Assembly: GCA_051294375.1 (NCBI GenBank)
Contig: CM119263.1
Location: 16,551,802 to 16,615,801, forward strand
Origin: Paraspadella gotoi
Lineage: Eukaryota > Animalia > Chaetognatha
DNA: 64,000 nucleotides
Direction of reading: 5' to 3'
Part shown: positions 14,421-28,357 of the stretch, one piece after another
How positions within the stretch are numbered: position 1 is the first letter of the stretch
Layout: each line of letters starts with the position of its first letter
The notes under the pieces: model-generated
Told to the model about the DNA's origin: nothing
Database searches by the model: none
Seen by the model: only the letters and a program-made list of their open reading frames with translations
Program-made: the position numbers and the translations under genes

Positions 14421-17024
14421 GATCGTTCACCTACACCTTTTCCTAATTTTCTCCTCCTCTACAAACGCCTAGTTTTCCATATTCATGATTTGATTTATTT
14501 ATCAAAGGAGCGAAAGGCAATTTCAGCATTTTTAGGAGTATTTTTGGCGGCTTAGAAGCGAACTAGTTTAATGATCTCATCAGACTCCCTTTTTTTTTGT
14601 CGTGAAAGGTTTAAGTATTTTTTATTTTTATTTTATGTCTGGTTTCTCACTACTACTTGGAGCGAAATGGATTTTAAAATTGATTTGACAGTACTTTTCT
14701 AAATTCGAAATTCAAAAAAATGAACGACGAATGTCACAGCACATCTTTTATGACTCAAAACCCGGTTTGACGATCTCAGTCAATTTCACAATTTCGCCGT
14801 CTGCCGTCGTCGTCGTCGTCACAGTCGTCGTCGTGAATGCTTTCAAAGCGCCAGTCTCGGTGCCATATGGAGATCTTAACGCCGAAAAACCCGGAAGTGG
14901 CGAGAAGAAAAACAGAAAAGGAGAGAAAAATTGGGAGAACAAAAAAAATGGCATAAAAGGGTGAAAAATATCCCCAAAATTCCATTCGCATGTAAAGCGA
15001 AGCTTGAATGTTTCGTTTGGAGTTTTTTTTTTTTTTTTGTTGTCGGTCCAGATTTAAGCAATTTTTTTTAATGTCTTGTTTATGTATTCATTGCTCCCAA
15101 CTAGATTTTTGTAATTTTAGTCGGTGGGTTTTCTTTTGATGAATAAAAAACTAAAGCATAAAAAAGTTGAGAAATTTTGTCGAAAAATTTTTTCTGAAAA
15201 AAATGTATTTCAGTGATAGAAAGTGAAGAAATATCCTGGATTTTTGTTTTGTTTTTGTTTTATTTTTCGATATGAAATTTTTTTTCCCTGGAGAGAGAAA
15301 AAGAGAGAGAGAAAGAGAGAGAGTCCAGTGAAGTCTCCAACGCAAATCTATTCTCTGGAGGATGACAGACCAATCTTCGAATAAAAACTTTTAATTTCCG
15401 TTTAATTTCAATTTCGTCGGCGGCGAAAATTTGTTTGTTGATTTTTCAGACGAAATCTCCCCTCGATCTTTTATCGCATTCTCTTGTAGCTCCTTTAAAA
15501 ATTGCCTAACCATTTCAAAATCACTCACCCCCTCCGAGCATTAACACACTTCCTCTCCTATTTTTAAATAACCGCTTATGCATCTCACACCTCTCTCTCT
15601 CTCTCTCTCTCTTTTAAAAACCGTCTCGATGAATCCCCGCCCAAGCGATCTCATCTCCCCCACCCAACTCCACCCACAACTCAGAAAAAAAAAGTTTTTC
15701 TGTTAAAGAGATTTGGTTGGACTTTGGACCGGGGCGCGAAGGACCCCGTCCCGGCGGCAGCGTCTTCTCCGTCGCATCTTTCACACATTAATTTTTTACA
15801 GAAAAATCCTCTCACTATTCTAACTTTTCTTTCGCATTAAAAAAATTGTGACTGTTTATATTTTGACAACAAGAAAGGAAAAAAATATTTCACATATCAT
15901 TCACGGCGAAAAGATTTGATTTTACAACAATTCTACGTAATATGTTTGCCGTTGACTACAATCGTAATTTACTCAAGGGCAGATTCATCAATCGTTAAAA
16001 AGACCTGACCTGTATAGACCTGTATACCCACAAAATTATTGGAAAGAGGTCGAAGAGTGGTTTACATTTCACCATGTCACGGAGATTAAAATCTTTCCAT
16101 AAAATTAAACTTAAATATCTTTCGAGAAATATTCTCGTAATCTACACATTGAAAAATACCTTTAGATGCTAATTACTAACGTGATACTTCAAAATGCAAC
16201 AAACGGGTTTCGTCTTTCTCGTTGCCTACGGCGACTTTTCCTCATTACCGACAAACGCCGCCAAAAAAAAAGCGCCGGCCTCGTCTCCGCCGCCACCCAT
16301 GACGCTAACGACGCGGATCGATCATCGATGGCGCTGGGGAAGCGACTATTAGCGCCACGGGCGGGGAGCGAGGATTCCCCGGGCGATTCTCCTCTCGGCC
16401 TCGTTCGGTGACGTCATTGCCGACGAGTTTCGCAGAATGTTGACGTACAACGACGTCTAAATGAGAGGACGAAACATTGCGGTGGCGAACGCGATGACGG
16501 GTAACATGAAACTGTCACAATCGAGGGGGCGGTGACTATCCTGATGGATTATTTGACGAGGTTAACGTCAATGATGACGCGTGGACGCGTCGACAAAAGA
16601 GCAACGAAAATCGATTGGGATTTTGAGGGCGAACCGAGGGCGATCGATCGATCGATCGATCCTCGCCACTTTCTTCTTCTCGATTCGACAGAAACTCGAT
16701 GGTGAGAAGAACAAAAACGCTGTGACTCAGAGAATGTAGAAATTGAAGAACTTAGATCCGTTGCTCGTGAAATACAGTGTCAATTAATTGTAGGTCTTTT
16801 CGCATAAAGAGGTACATTTAAAATACGTATATTTACTTATATTACTTGAAACAAAAGCACAACAAAAATTAAAAATCTATACTAATCGTCATCGTCATTG
16901 TCGCTGTCACTTTAGTCACGGTTGTGACGGTCATACGGCGGGACGAATGTCAACACACTCTGTTTACCATCGTGACTAGATTCTTCTCTTCTCTCTTCTC
17001 TCTCTTCTCTCTCTTCTCTCTCCT

Positions 17025-17062
<38 letters not shown>

Positions 17063-17393
17063 CTCTCTCTCTTCAATTGATTTGACACGGTTTACCGAGT
17101 CGTGGTCATCATTCAAAACGTCGTCGTCGTCGTTTTCGTCGTCCCACTCGACACGCGAACGTCTTTTATTTTTCGAGCCTCGCTCCTAATTCGCGGAATT
17201 TCGTTCTCCGCTTTCGAGCTAAGATCGAGGAGGCGGGTGAGTCGAGTTTTGGGTAAGTTCGTAGTCACCGTCGTCGGGTGAGGTTGTTGTCGATCGTCGG
17301 TGACGTCTTCGTTTACGACGTCCTTCCTAAAACATTAAATCTCTTCGCGTCACAGAAAACCTATCACAAATTCTCACGAAAGAAAGAAAAGGA

Positions 17394-17497
<104 letters not shown>

Positions 17498-18314
17498 ATG
17501 AAAGAAAGAGAGAGAGAGACACAAATCTAGACTTAATAATAGTAAACTCGAAGCAATCATTAATTATCATTCACTATCAGGCAAAAAACATTCGGAAACG
17601 TTCCTTTTTCTTTATTCATAAGTTAGCAATTTTGTCCGTTTTAATATTATTTATCATTTTTAAAAACATATATCTACTAAAAATAAAAATGTTTTTCTTC
17701 TTTTTTTCACTCATATTTTTTTTTCTCTCCATCTCGTGTCTCCCTCTCTCCTCCCTTTCCGTCCTCCCACTTCCTATTCACTCAATTCCTCGTTTCCGAC
17801 TTCACCTTACCTTTTTAAAACTTTTAAACCCTCTCTGCTCTTCCTCCGCCTCCTCTTCCCCACTCGCAAATTCTTACTTTGTTCTAAACATTTTCAAAAG
17901 ACGATCATGGTTAAACTGTTTTCATTTGTAAGTCAAATTATTTGTTGGAGGATTTTTATTGTATAAAACTTGGCCCTTTAAAAATAAAAAAAGCTTTTTG
18001 TTTATTTTAGTTTCAGGAACCCGTAAAAGACCCGGCCTCTGTGAACACATTTTTGACCTGCATTTTATTTCACCTCTTTCTTTTCTTTCTCTTTCTTTCT
18101 TTCTTTCTTTCTCGTCTTCCTTTCCCATCCTTTTTCTCACATTATTGGTCCATTCTTTTTTTGTCTTATGGTAGGAATTTTACGACTGCAAGATGCTCAC
18201 TTTCAAGAGTTAATCCTTTTGTTATTAATTTTTTGCTTTTCAAATCTTTCCTCTTTGACTATCCGAATTTTTCCCTCTTTTTTCTTCTCTCTCTCTCTCT
18301 CTCGACGTCTCATC

Positions 18315-18367
<53 letters not shown>

Positions 18368-19196
18368 TCTCTCTCTCTCTGTAAAAGGATTAATTGCGTA
18401 CACTACTACACAAAAACATTCTTTTCATGCCAATTATCTTTTTTTGCGTTGCATCTTTTTGCCTTCGACATCTTTCTCGTCGTCGTTTTCGTCGTCGTTT
18501 TCGTCGTCGTTCTTGTCATCGTCGTATCGTTTGTGAGGTGTGACTTTTGGTTTTCTTCTTTCGGCCGGTTCACACTTTTTCCTTCGACAGCAAAAGTTTG
18601 ACCGCAACAACTCACAATTCACGTTTTTCAAAAATATACATTTGACATTTTAAAAGTTCGACTCGTCTTCAATTTTATTCATATGTTTGGAATTCATCGT
18701 GACTTTGTGGAAAAATTGTATTTTTACCTTGCATACTTTGACAATTTTTGTTGTTTTAAAATAAAAAAATAAAAAAAGCCAAATTCTTGTAAAATTTTTT
18801 TTTTCAAATTTAACGAAATCTGAGCAATATACGTAATTGTTTTCTGCTGTTTCTGCTAATTCTCCTGTTTGTTTGTTTTAAAGCGGTTAAACTTTACTGT
18901 TGACTTTATTTATTACAAAAATAAACAATTTTTTCCGACTTCGACACAGATTTCAAAACACACTTTTTCATTTAGCCTTAAATTCAATTAAACAATTCTT
19001 TAACTGTCGTAAATTTTAATCAAATATTTAAGTCAAAAATTAAAGAATTAAGCCAAATAAAAACAAAAACAATATATCATGGTGCTGCTAATGAAATTAC
19101 GGTCACAAAATTAATCATTTAAGTTTTCAATACATTTAACGTAGGTTTGCCTATGAAATTATAGTTGTTGACAGTCATATAATATAATGAATAAGG

Positions 19197-19243
<47 letters not shown>

Positions 19244-19426
19244 CAGGCAGGAAGTTTGATTGGGAGCCCATTGTGAGGGGACAAAAGATTTTGGTCTTTA
19301 ATCCAGCGGCCGGACACAAATCGGAAGCGAGGCTCCGCCTGGCCGTGACACGCCGCCGATGCCGCCAATGCTGCCGACACCGCCGATACAGCGACTATGC
19401 CCCCACCACTGCCGCCCCTTTCCGCC

Positions 19427-19594
<168 letters not shown>

Positions 19595-20441
19595 GCCAGC
19601 CTCACCCTATTCCCAGAACAGAGACGGTTGGTTCTCCATATTCTATTCTTTTTTACCTTTTTTGTGATTCTCCCCTTAAACATTTGACGTCTCACAAACT
19701 CTCTCGCTCTCATTGGCTCAAAATTCCATTAATGTTTAAAGTTTAAACACATATATCCACTAAAAAGGCAAAAACACTCAACAACAATCTTAGGCTCAAA
19801 CGCATATATACCGTATTAATCTGTCAATTACCGATCGTAAATTTAAAAAATAAATTCTTCTCCTTTTAGTCATATCGAATATCGATCATCAATTGGATCA
19901 TAATTTTTCTTTGTTTATAGTATCGATTCTCGATCGTCGTCTTGGTCGTCGTTTTCGTCGTCGTCGTTGCTTACCCGGGAATGACGAAATATGAATCTTA
20001 AGCGACACGAAACGATACGAAATGAAGAGAAATTTACAATTTACAAATATTTCGACATCGACTCATAGGTCCCGCCCCATCATATTTTCTCCCTCAAGTC
20101 CTTTTAAAATGAAGGGAATTCGAAGATTTACTTTTTCTCTGTTTTTTCTTCCTCGTGTATTTTGGATATCATTACGGAATTATGGAAGTTGAATTTATAA
20201 AAACCTAAAAATCGACTGGTTCGGTACTTTTTTTTTATTTAATCTTTCTTATTTTTTATCCCTCAACATTTTTCCCATTTTTTATCCTCAAAAAAAAAAA
20301 AAAAAAAAAAAATTGCGCAAAAACTGGATGGCATATTTTTTTTTCCGTTTCTGCATAGTGCCAGGTTTGGTTCCCTTTGCTCTCGTTTCGGCAATGTGCC
20401 AGAAGAAACTTCGCTCCCCGCCGCTTGCAAACTAGCGAAGA

Positions 20442-20528
<87 letters not shown>

Positions 20529-20746
20529 TATTTAACGACGAAGCCGATTTTTTTTACCTTATAAATACTTATTTCGTCATCACTAACGTCTTCATTGTCA
20601 TCTTCGTTGCCATTGTCACCGTCATCGTTTTTGTCATCGTCACCGACTCCATCATCGTGACCGTGTTGGCCTCGCGGCGCCCGAAGCAAAGAGCCAGAAA
20701 CTACAATCAGCCAAAAGAACCGGCTGATGTATAATTTTTTCGAGAT

Positions 20747-20828
<82 letters not shown>

Positions 20829-23213
20829 CTCACCTTCTTACCCTTCTCATTTTTTTTTCCGGTTTGCGCGAAAAAAAGTCTGTCACTATCTCTTCTGCTC
20901 GTTTGTCAGTTAAAACCCCCCTTCGCCTCCTGCCTTCGCCATTGATTTTTCTTCCCTCATTCTTTTCAACTTTTTGTTCTTTTTTTTTTCTTTTTTGCAG
21001 TTCTTGTTTTTTTTTTTCAAAAACCAACTGTTGCCAATAATCGACCGAAGGAGGAAAAGACGGAGAGAGAGAGAGAGAGAGACAGAGAGAGAGAACGCGC
21101 GCAACGAGCGTCTAAAAAGGAGAGACACTGGAAAAAGACAAATCGTGACTCGAATTCGAAAAAATCAACACGTTTTGAAATTAAAACAATAAAACACAAA
21201 CTCATTAAAAAGTAGGGAATTTTACGAAATATAATAAAACGAGCGATTTCGAGGCATTTCAATTAAAAAACAAAAAAAAACAAAACGAAATTAAAGAATT
21301 AAAAAAAATCGTCTGCGTTTACGACGACCAACAACAACGACGACAATAAAGACAACAACAACATAAAAACAGGGGTCAGTCCTCTCTTTGTGTTTCATCC
21401 TTCTCTTACTCTTCTCTTCCGCATGTAAAACCTCCTCCTCGTCCTCCTCCTCCTCTTCCTCCTCCTCCCCTATGCTGAGTTCCGCCGTAGATTTCTTCTC
21501 TTCCTCCTCATCCTCCTTTTCCTCCTCCTCCTCCTCTTCCTACATCCGAACAGCAACAAACGTCTCTCTCTCTCTCTCAGCCGAAAATCGAGAAGAGAAG
21601 AAATCTTTTTTTTCGACCTAAAAAAAAGAGAGAGAGAGAAACGCGAAAAAAAAACCGTCTCAATTTTGACTAATAAAGCGAGAGCGAGCGACGAGGGGGA
21701 GAAAAAAAAAACTTTTGCACTGACTCTCTCTCTCTCTCGTCGCCCTTCGACGCGACGCACGCTCGCGTTCCCTCCACAACTTCCGGTTTCCCACCCAAAC
21801 GTCCGCTTCGACAGATGTACGTCGATCGAGGCGTCCGGGACCGGCATCTGTCACGTGGGCGCACCGACGGAACCACGACGCCGAAGCGCGCCGACGTAAC
21901 GCGCCGGCAAACTGCGTTGGCGTCGACGAAGACGCCGCCGAAAACTACAACGACGACGCAGACGCCGAGAAGAGCGAAAAGACAGAGAGAAAAATCTCGG
22001 CGAGAAAAAAAAATCGAAAAAAAGGGAAACGGATTCTGGGTTTCGGAGATTCTCAGACGGAATCGTTTACGCCGGTGAAAAACGCGGGGAATTTAAGTTG
22101 TTTTTTTTTTTCCCTCGCAAACTCGTTTTTCTTTTCCTCTTTCGTATTTATGAACAAAAAATAATACAAATATTTATTCTCTCCGTGGAACCAAATTCGC
22201 TTATTCGTCGTTTCTCTTCTTTCATTTCTGTATGCTTTAAAAAAAAAACAACAAAAAACAAAAACCAAAACAAACGAAACAAAAATTGGTCAGTTTTTAC
22301 TTCCTTCCCCCACAAAAAAAAAAGAAGAGTTGAAGCAGCCTTCATTCCTAACTCGCTTTCTCATTCCTTTCCAAAGTTTTCTCCGACGAAGTTAAAAAAG
22401 GGTTTCCATTCATTTAAAAAAATACTCTTTTCTTCAGTGAAAAAAAAAACAAAAACAAAAACAAAAAAATATCCCTGGAAAAATTGTGAAATCGAACGTA
22501 AACAAAAATATTTAAAAAAAACCGAGATTGAAAAAAACTAAACGTGAAGGAAAAAAGCTGAACAGTGAAGATATGAAACGGTTTTCGAAACTGAAAATTT
22601 AAATTCCTCGGCTTGTTCAGACCCGCCCATTTCGTCCATTTCTCTTATCGGCTTCCTTGTGAATTAATGCCCCCCAACTCTACCTTTTCGTCTCATTTTT
22701 CCCCACTTGAAAAAAAGTTGGAGAAATCTTTAAAAATTATTGCGAAACGTTTTTCTCGTGCAACGAAAAACATTGGTGACCGGATATTCGTTCCTTGTTA
22801 GAAAAAAAAAAAAAAAACAAACAAAAAACAAATAAATCAAATACAAAATAAAAGAAAACCGAGAAAGGATTTGTTAAAACCGTTTGAGATCTCCGCCCTT
22901 TGAACTGAAAAATTTGTTTTTGTTTTTTTAAATTTTTCCAAGTTCGTAATCGGACGACGAAACTCGCGAATCACGCGCAGCCAAACCTTCACTCCTCATC
23001 GTATTTAAGGCCCACTTACTCTTATTTCCTCATTTCCTCAAAATGCCCCCTTTCCCTACCTGATGCCGACGCGCCCTTCCCAAAAAAACAATGACTCTAC
23101 CCGCTCCCCCGCTCCGGTTTCCATTCACTGGCCTTCCCGCCCCGCCCCCTCGCTCACCACGGTGACAGGCCGAGGGGTGAGGCGGTGAGCCCCCTGGAGG
23201 CCCTACCCGAGTC

Positions 23214-23945
23214 ATGTGCCGTTCCCCTACCCTCAAAGCCGCAGCCTCGCACCCGCGCCGTCGCCGCCAACCCGTCGTCGAGCCCGCCGCCGCCAAGCCT
23301 GCAGTAGCGAAGGAGACGAAGCTCTCTCGTCAGTTGGCCGTCGCCCTTCACCTTACCCTCGCCTTACTCCTGCTGCCCGCCTCCGTCGAGGCCTGCTCCC
23401 GCCGTTCCGCTCCCCCACCGGACAAAGGCTCCCCATCCGGCGGTCCTGCCGGAAAACCCGACGTGATCCCCACTAAGATCCCGAACAACCGACCCCAAGC
23501 CAGCTGCCGAGAGCCCTGGGCGACGAGGTACTGCCTGCACGGGGGAAAGTGCCTCTCCGAGCTCATCGACGGTATCATCTCTCACCACTGCAATTGCACA
23601 CATGATTGGTGGGGAGAGCGGTGCCAGGAGCGAGCTTTCAACGTCAGCCTCATCGTGACCTCGGAACCGCACGGGAGGCGCGGGAGGCGGCTGCAGGTTG
23701 CCGAGACCCCGATCGTCGACGGCGCGGGATCGAGTCGAGCGACGCACGGAACGAGACGAAGGAGATTCGCGAAAAGTCGGCGACGACGACTTCAACAAAA
23801 GGGCAAACGTCTCGCCTTCGTCTTCGTCCGGCGAAACCTTTCAAACTTTCCTACCCCCGTCAACTCCTTACCCTCCCGGCCGTTCCTCTCGTCATACCCT
23901 CTTCCCTCTCCCCGACCTGCGAATCCTAGAAAACGTTTATTGTGA
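23214..23945 (+). CDS. Spitz/Keren/TGF-alpha-like EGFR ligand precursor (single EGF domain); 3' end uncertain
   Basis: Hydrophobic segment LAVALHLTLALLLLPASVEA is followed by CSRR (Drosophila Spitz has VEA-CSSR). EGF domain CREPWATRYCLHGGKCLSELIDGIISHHCNCTHDWWGERC (23505-23624) has C-8-C-5-C-12-C-1-C-8-C spacing as in Spitz/Keren, with YCL and GxRC motifs. It lies in a GC-rich island. Confidence 0.88.
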   Translation: MCRSPTLKAAASHPRRRRQPVVEPAAAKPAVAKETKLSRQLAVALHLTLALLLLPASVEACSRRSAPPPDKGSPSGGPAGKPDVIPTKIPNNRPQASCREPWATRYCLHGGKCLSELIDGIISHHCNCTHDWWGERCQERAFNVSLIVTSEPHGRRGRRLQVAETPIVDGAGSSRATHGTRRRRFAKSRRRRLQQKGKRLAFVFVRRNLSNFPTPVNSLPSRPFLSSYPLPSPRPANPRKRLL

Positions 23946-24308
23946 TATTTTCATTTCTTTTACATTAACGATTATTATTATTATTATTATTACTATTATT
24001 ATTATTATCATTCTTATTCCTATTTTTATAATTTTTATTATTATTATCTTAAAATTATTAAATACGCCTCGCCACAAAACAAAAACATTGTCGTTCCTAT
24101 CATCAGCTTGGACAAAAAAATAAATACGGATTATATTAATTAAAAAAAAAAAAAAACCTCTCTCTAAATCCTCCCTCTTCAAACGGCTGCGAGCGAAGGA
24201 GAAAAAAACCAACAAAAACAAAAACAAAAACAAAAGTGAAAAAAACTGAAACATTTAACGGAGGCACCTTTGGAGTTGCAGAGCCGAAGATTCTCGACCG
24301 TCGCCGCC

Positions 24309-25058
24309 ATGTTGCGCGGAGACGTTGAGAAGCGACGCTTCCTTCAAGAGTCGTCGGCTCGCATTCTGGACGTCGCGCCTGAGCGACACACGGCGCTCAA
24401 ATTGGATTCCGAGCGCGATAGAGATAATTTTTATAAACTTGACTCTGAGTGCATCCAAGACTCGGCGCATCGACTAGACTGCGTGCGCATCCAAGACTTT
24501 GCGTGCAAACTTTTCATGGAGCGCGTACGAAACCCGGTGCAAAGTCCACGTGACCGTGCGTGCATTCTTAAAACCCCGACGACACTCCAACGCCTGGACA
24601 TCGCCGACGCCGCGACGCCTTGCCGGCGGAGGCGGCGGCGACGACGACGACGTTTTTCTACCATGACACGAAACTCGGACGCTGACGCCGTCAACCGAAT
24701 CACGCCGCGTCCGTCGTATCGAGCGCTGCGGCGACGAAACAGCTCGCTGCGGCGGCGGAAACGTTCGCTGCGACAAAGACTTGAACCCCATCGAACGCCG
24801 ACGCTCGCGGATTCAGAGAATATCCCCTCCTCGAACTCTATCGACCATCGTCTCTTGTTCTCGGCGTTGAATCGAGACGGCGGCGGCGGCGGCGGCTGCG
24901 GCCCGCGGCTCCTTCCAGTGGCTCCGCGCATCTTTCGAATCTCGCGGTCGCGCCTTCATCCGGGTTGCGTTCGGAGAGTCTCTCTAAGCCGATGGTGTCA
25001 TTGGAAAGCCGCATATTCAATACCCATACATCTCGCCTCCTACAGAAAACCCCCTTAA
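24309..25058 (+). CDS. Unknown ORF or exon with a 12-aa tandem repeat (249 aa from the ATG; frame open from 24240)
   Basis: GC-rich open frame with ATG in GCCGCCATG context. Repeats KLDSERDRDNFY / KLDSECIQDSAH / RLDCVRIQDFAC / KLFMERVRNPVQ; the first two units encode KLDSE with synonymous codon differences. Confidence 0.55.
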   Translation: MLRGDVEKRRFLQESSARILDVAPERHTALKLDSERDRDNFYKLDSECIQDSAHRLDCVRIQDFACKLFMERVRNPVQSPRDRACILKTPTTLQRLDIADAATPCRRRRRRRRRRFSTMTRNSDADAVNRITPRPSYRALRRRNSSLRRRKRSLRQRLEPHRTPTLADSENIPSSNSIDHRLLFSALNRDGGGGGGCGPRLLPVAPRIFRISRSRLHPGCVRRVSLSRWCHWKAAYSIPIHLASYRKPP

Positions 25059-26411
25059 ACGAACAAACGAAACAAAAAAAAAAAAAAAAAAAAAAACTAA
25101 ATTACACAACCAATTATTACTAGTTTTTTTTTTTTTTTACCATTTTTAACTTAAAAAAACATTATTTATTTCGATTTATTTGTCTGATTCGTATAAAAAA
25201 GTATGCCGCGTTGGAAATAATTTTTTTCCCAGAGTTTGAAAAAAACTATTGCCAAAATCGAACGGAGAACAAATGTCTGTTAGATCCCTATTTTTCACTT
25301 ATGTATATAACCGCGTTTTTAATTGCTAGAAACGGTTAAAGAGAAGAAAAATTTATTTATTTTAACAAACGAACTAGAAATGCGATCAACTCTTAAACGC
25401 GCGAAAATAAAAACCAGTAAACTTGATGTCGCCTGGATTTTTTTTCCCTTCCGCTTTTTCTGTCCCATAGCGAAATAAAATTAGTCTGAATTGTAACGTT
25501 TGTTTTTTTTTGTTTTTTTTTTTAAGACAAACACTTTTTAGTATAATTCGCTTTTTCTGCATTACTGTTTTAGGAAATATTCCCCTCCCCCGTCTTATTT
25601 ATCTACGATGAACCGGGCACTTTTCGATTCGTGTTTATTACTTCAATTAAAAAAGACATTTTTTTTCCTCCATACTTTATTAGTACCATTCGTCGATGTT
25701 GGTAGATCCGATGATTACTTTTGAACTAAATAAAAATTTTAAAAAAATTGCCGCCGCTAAGTTATGCTATAAAAAAAATTATTATTCTGGTTTTTTTTAA
25801 TCTTTCATGCATTGTTCTTTTGTGTGTATATAGTAACAAAAAATAAAAAAAAAATATTACTACCAAAAAAAAATAGTTTTCAATCGTATATAAATTTAGG
25901 AGACAAAAGACGACCTAGTTAGAAAAATAAAAAAACAAGTTAAAGAAGTGAAATAAGAGAGAGGGTTCGTTTATTTTGTATCCTCATGTAAATTCGAGAT
26001 GTCATTTGCATTTTGATCTTTCGGTTTTCTGCCGTTAAATTCTATAAAAAAAAAATCGTTTTTCTTCCTTTTTATTCAGTATTAAAAGAAATAATAGAGA
26101 ATAAAAAATGAAAAAGGCTGTTAGAAATAAAAGTGGCTTTCCTATTGAGTCGTTTTGGGAAAGAGAGAGAGAAAGGGAGAGAGAGAGAGAGAGAGAGAGA
26201 GAGGAATGGACTTTAAATTTAATCGAAAAAAAATAAAAAATGAATAAATAAAAAAGAAAAAAAAGAAGAACGAGTGTAACGAGGATAAATTTTGAGAGAA
26301 TTCTTTCTGGACCCGCGATCGGCTTTCTGCTTTCTCTTTATGTCCTCATTGGTTTATCTTGACAGTTTTTCTAGGAATAAAAATTGAAGTTCTTTGTATT
26401 AATCACGAGGA

Positions 26412-26520
26412 AATTCTAGATTTGAAATTTCGTCTTTAAAACATCAGGGGTTAATAATTTTTATATATTTTAAATCTAGATTTAGAATTTCGTCTCTAAA
26501 ACAGGAGGGGTTAATAATTA
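26412..26520. repeat. Diverged ~48-bp direct repeat, 60-bp period
   Basis: TCTAGATTT..AATTTCGTCT.TAAAACA...GGGGTTAATAATT occurs twice. Confidence 0.8.
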
Positions 26521-27760
26521 CATTACATTAAATTACAATAAGACAGAGAGAAAACAATTTTTATAAATAGAGTCGAGGAACTCGAAGATCAAGCCGATTA
26601 AGCTATTTATTGAGAAAAGTGAAACAGACACCTCAGCGATTCTCGAGCCTGGACAAAAAAAAAAACACTGAAATGAAAACACTCCGAGAACCCATGTTCC
26701 TTTTTTTTCAATGTTTCTTTACATTTTCTGTGAATTTTTACGTCAATTGGTTTTTTTCGCTCTTTTGATTTCAGCTCTATTTCTCTTTCTTCCCAACTTT
26801 TCTTCTGCTATTTTTTCTCCTGTTTATCGCGTTTTCTTCCTATAATATATTTTAACTTTTTTTTGTCCAACGCCATTCTCTGATGTTTGGCTAAAAAAAC
26901 GTGGCGGAGTTTTGAATGAAAACAAAGAAAGAGGATCTCCCTTCTCTAAATTTCCTCTCTTCTCCCTTCTTCCTCCCTTTCCTCCGCTCTCGTTCCAAAT
27001 TAGTCTTTTATTGTTTCATTGTTATTTTTTGTTTTTGATTCCTATTTTTTCAAAATATCTCGCGAGCCGGAATTTTCATTGGCTCCGTTTTCCGAGATTT
27101 GCCGACGACGACGACGACGACGACGACAAAGACATCGACGATGCCGAGCAAATAATGAAAGACGATCCCAAAATCGAATTCGGGGTTTTTCGATTCGAAC
27201 CCAAATTTTTCGATCCGAGCCCGCCGCCCCGCGTTGATGCGTGCACGAGGCAGAATGCGCGGGGCGACCGACATTCGCATTGCGCGATTTGGGAGGAAGA
27301 CCAAAAAAAAAATGCAATGACTGGCACGGGGCCGTATTGAAGCGATTTGCGACAAACAACGGTGACTAATAGTGGTTTAAGGTGCTATGACGCGAGCGTT
27401 ATTCCAAGTCCGCGCCAACGATCAAAGATGAAAACCAATTTTGGTCAGGGAGTCCGTCGGAGCGCCCCCAGGAAAAAAAATATTTGTCGTGCTCCCTCTA
27501 GACTTTTGTTTACGACGGATGCTCTTTTGTTTTCAGAATCTTCTGATGTTTTGTTTCTGCCTCAAAAGATGCTCGGGGTTTTTTTTTCTTCTTAATTTCT
27601 ATCGAATTCGATCAAAACTTTAAAAAAAAATCTCCGGAAGCGAAAATCGATTTTATCGTTTTATAGAGGAGAAGTTTCGGTTCAGAGGTTTCTTCCGTTT
27701 GGTGTTTTTTGTTGGTTTTTTGTTTTGCCTCTGACCAGAAAGAGAGAGAGAGAGAGAAGA

Positions 27761-27830
<70 letters not shown>

Positions 27831-28106
27831 AGGGCCTGTCGGGACTGGTTGAACAGAGCGGCCTAGCGACCTAAAGGCTATCTTATTCTATTTCGTCATA
27901 TTATCACATTTAAAAGGATAAAAAAAATTGCCACTTTGTAAAAAGCTTTGCAAAAATTAAAGTCATTCCGAAAATAAACTACAATTCTACTTATAAAAAC
28001 ATTTCTGAAAGCTCTTATCATTTTTTACTATTGTGTTGAGTTTTCTGTGTAGAAATAAAGAGATGCACGGTTGACCCAAAGCCAAGACGGTCTCGATGAT
28101 CTCTTC

Positions 28107-28207
<101 letters not shown>

Positions 28208-28305
28208 CTCGCTCGCTCGCTCTCTCTCTCTGGTTGGCTGGTCACGCCGAAGCAAAATCCCTTTTTTGGTCTTGTCATGAATCCTCGAGGCAGGGTATCT
28301 CTCTT

Positions 28306-28357
<52 letters not shown>

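Noticed and set aside
16278-16372. GC-rich fold-back as a possible pre-miRNA
   Set aside because: Pairing is short, bulged and multibranched, as expected by chance in a GC island.
23940-24060. Poly-Ile stretch as the missing TM domain of the EGF ligand
   Set aside because: It is an (ATT)n microsatellite in a different frame, and I found no GT-AG intron that shifts the ligand into that frame.
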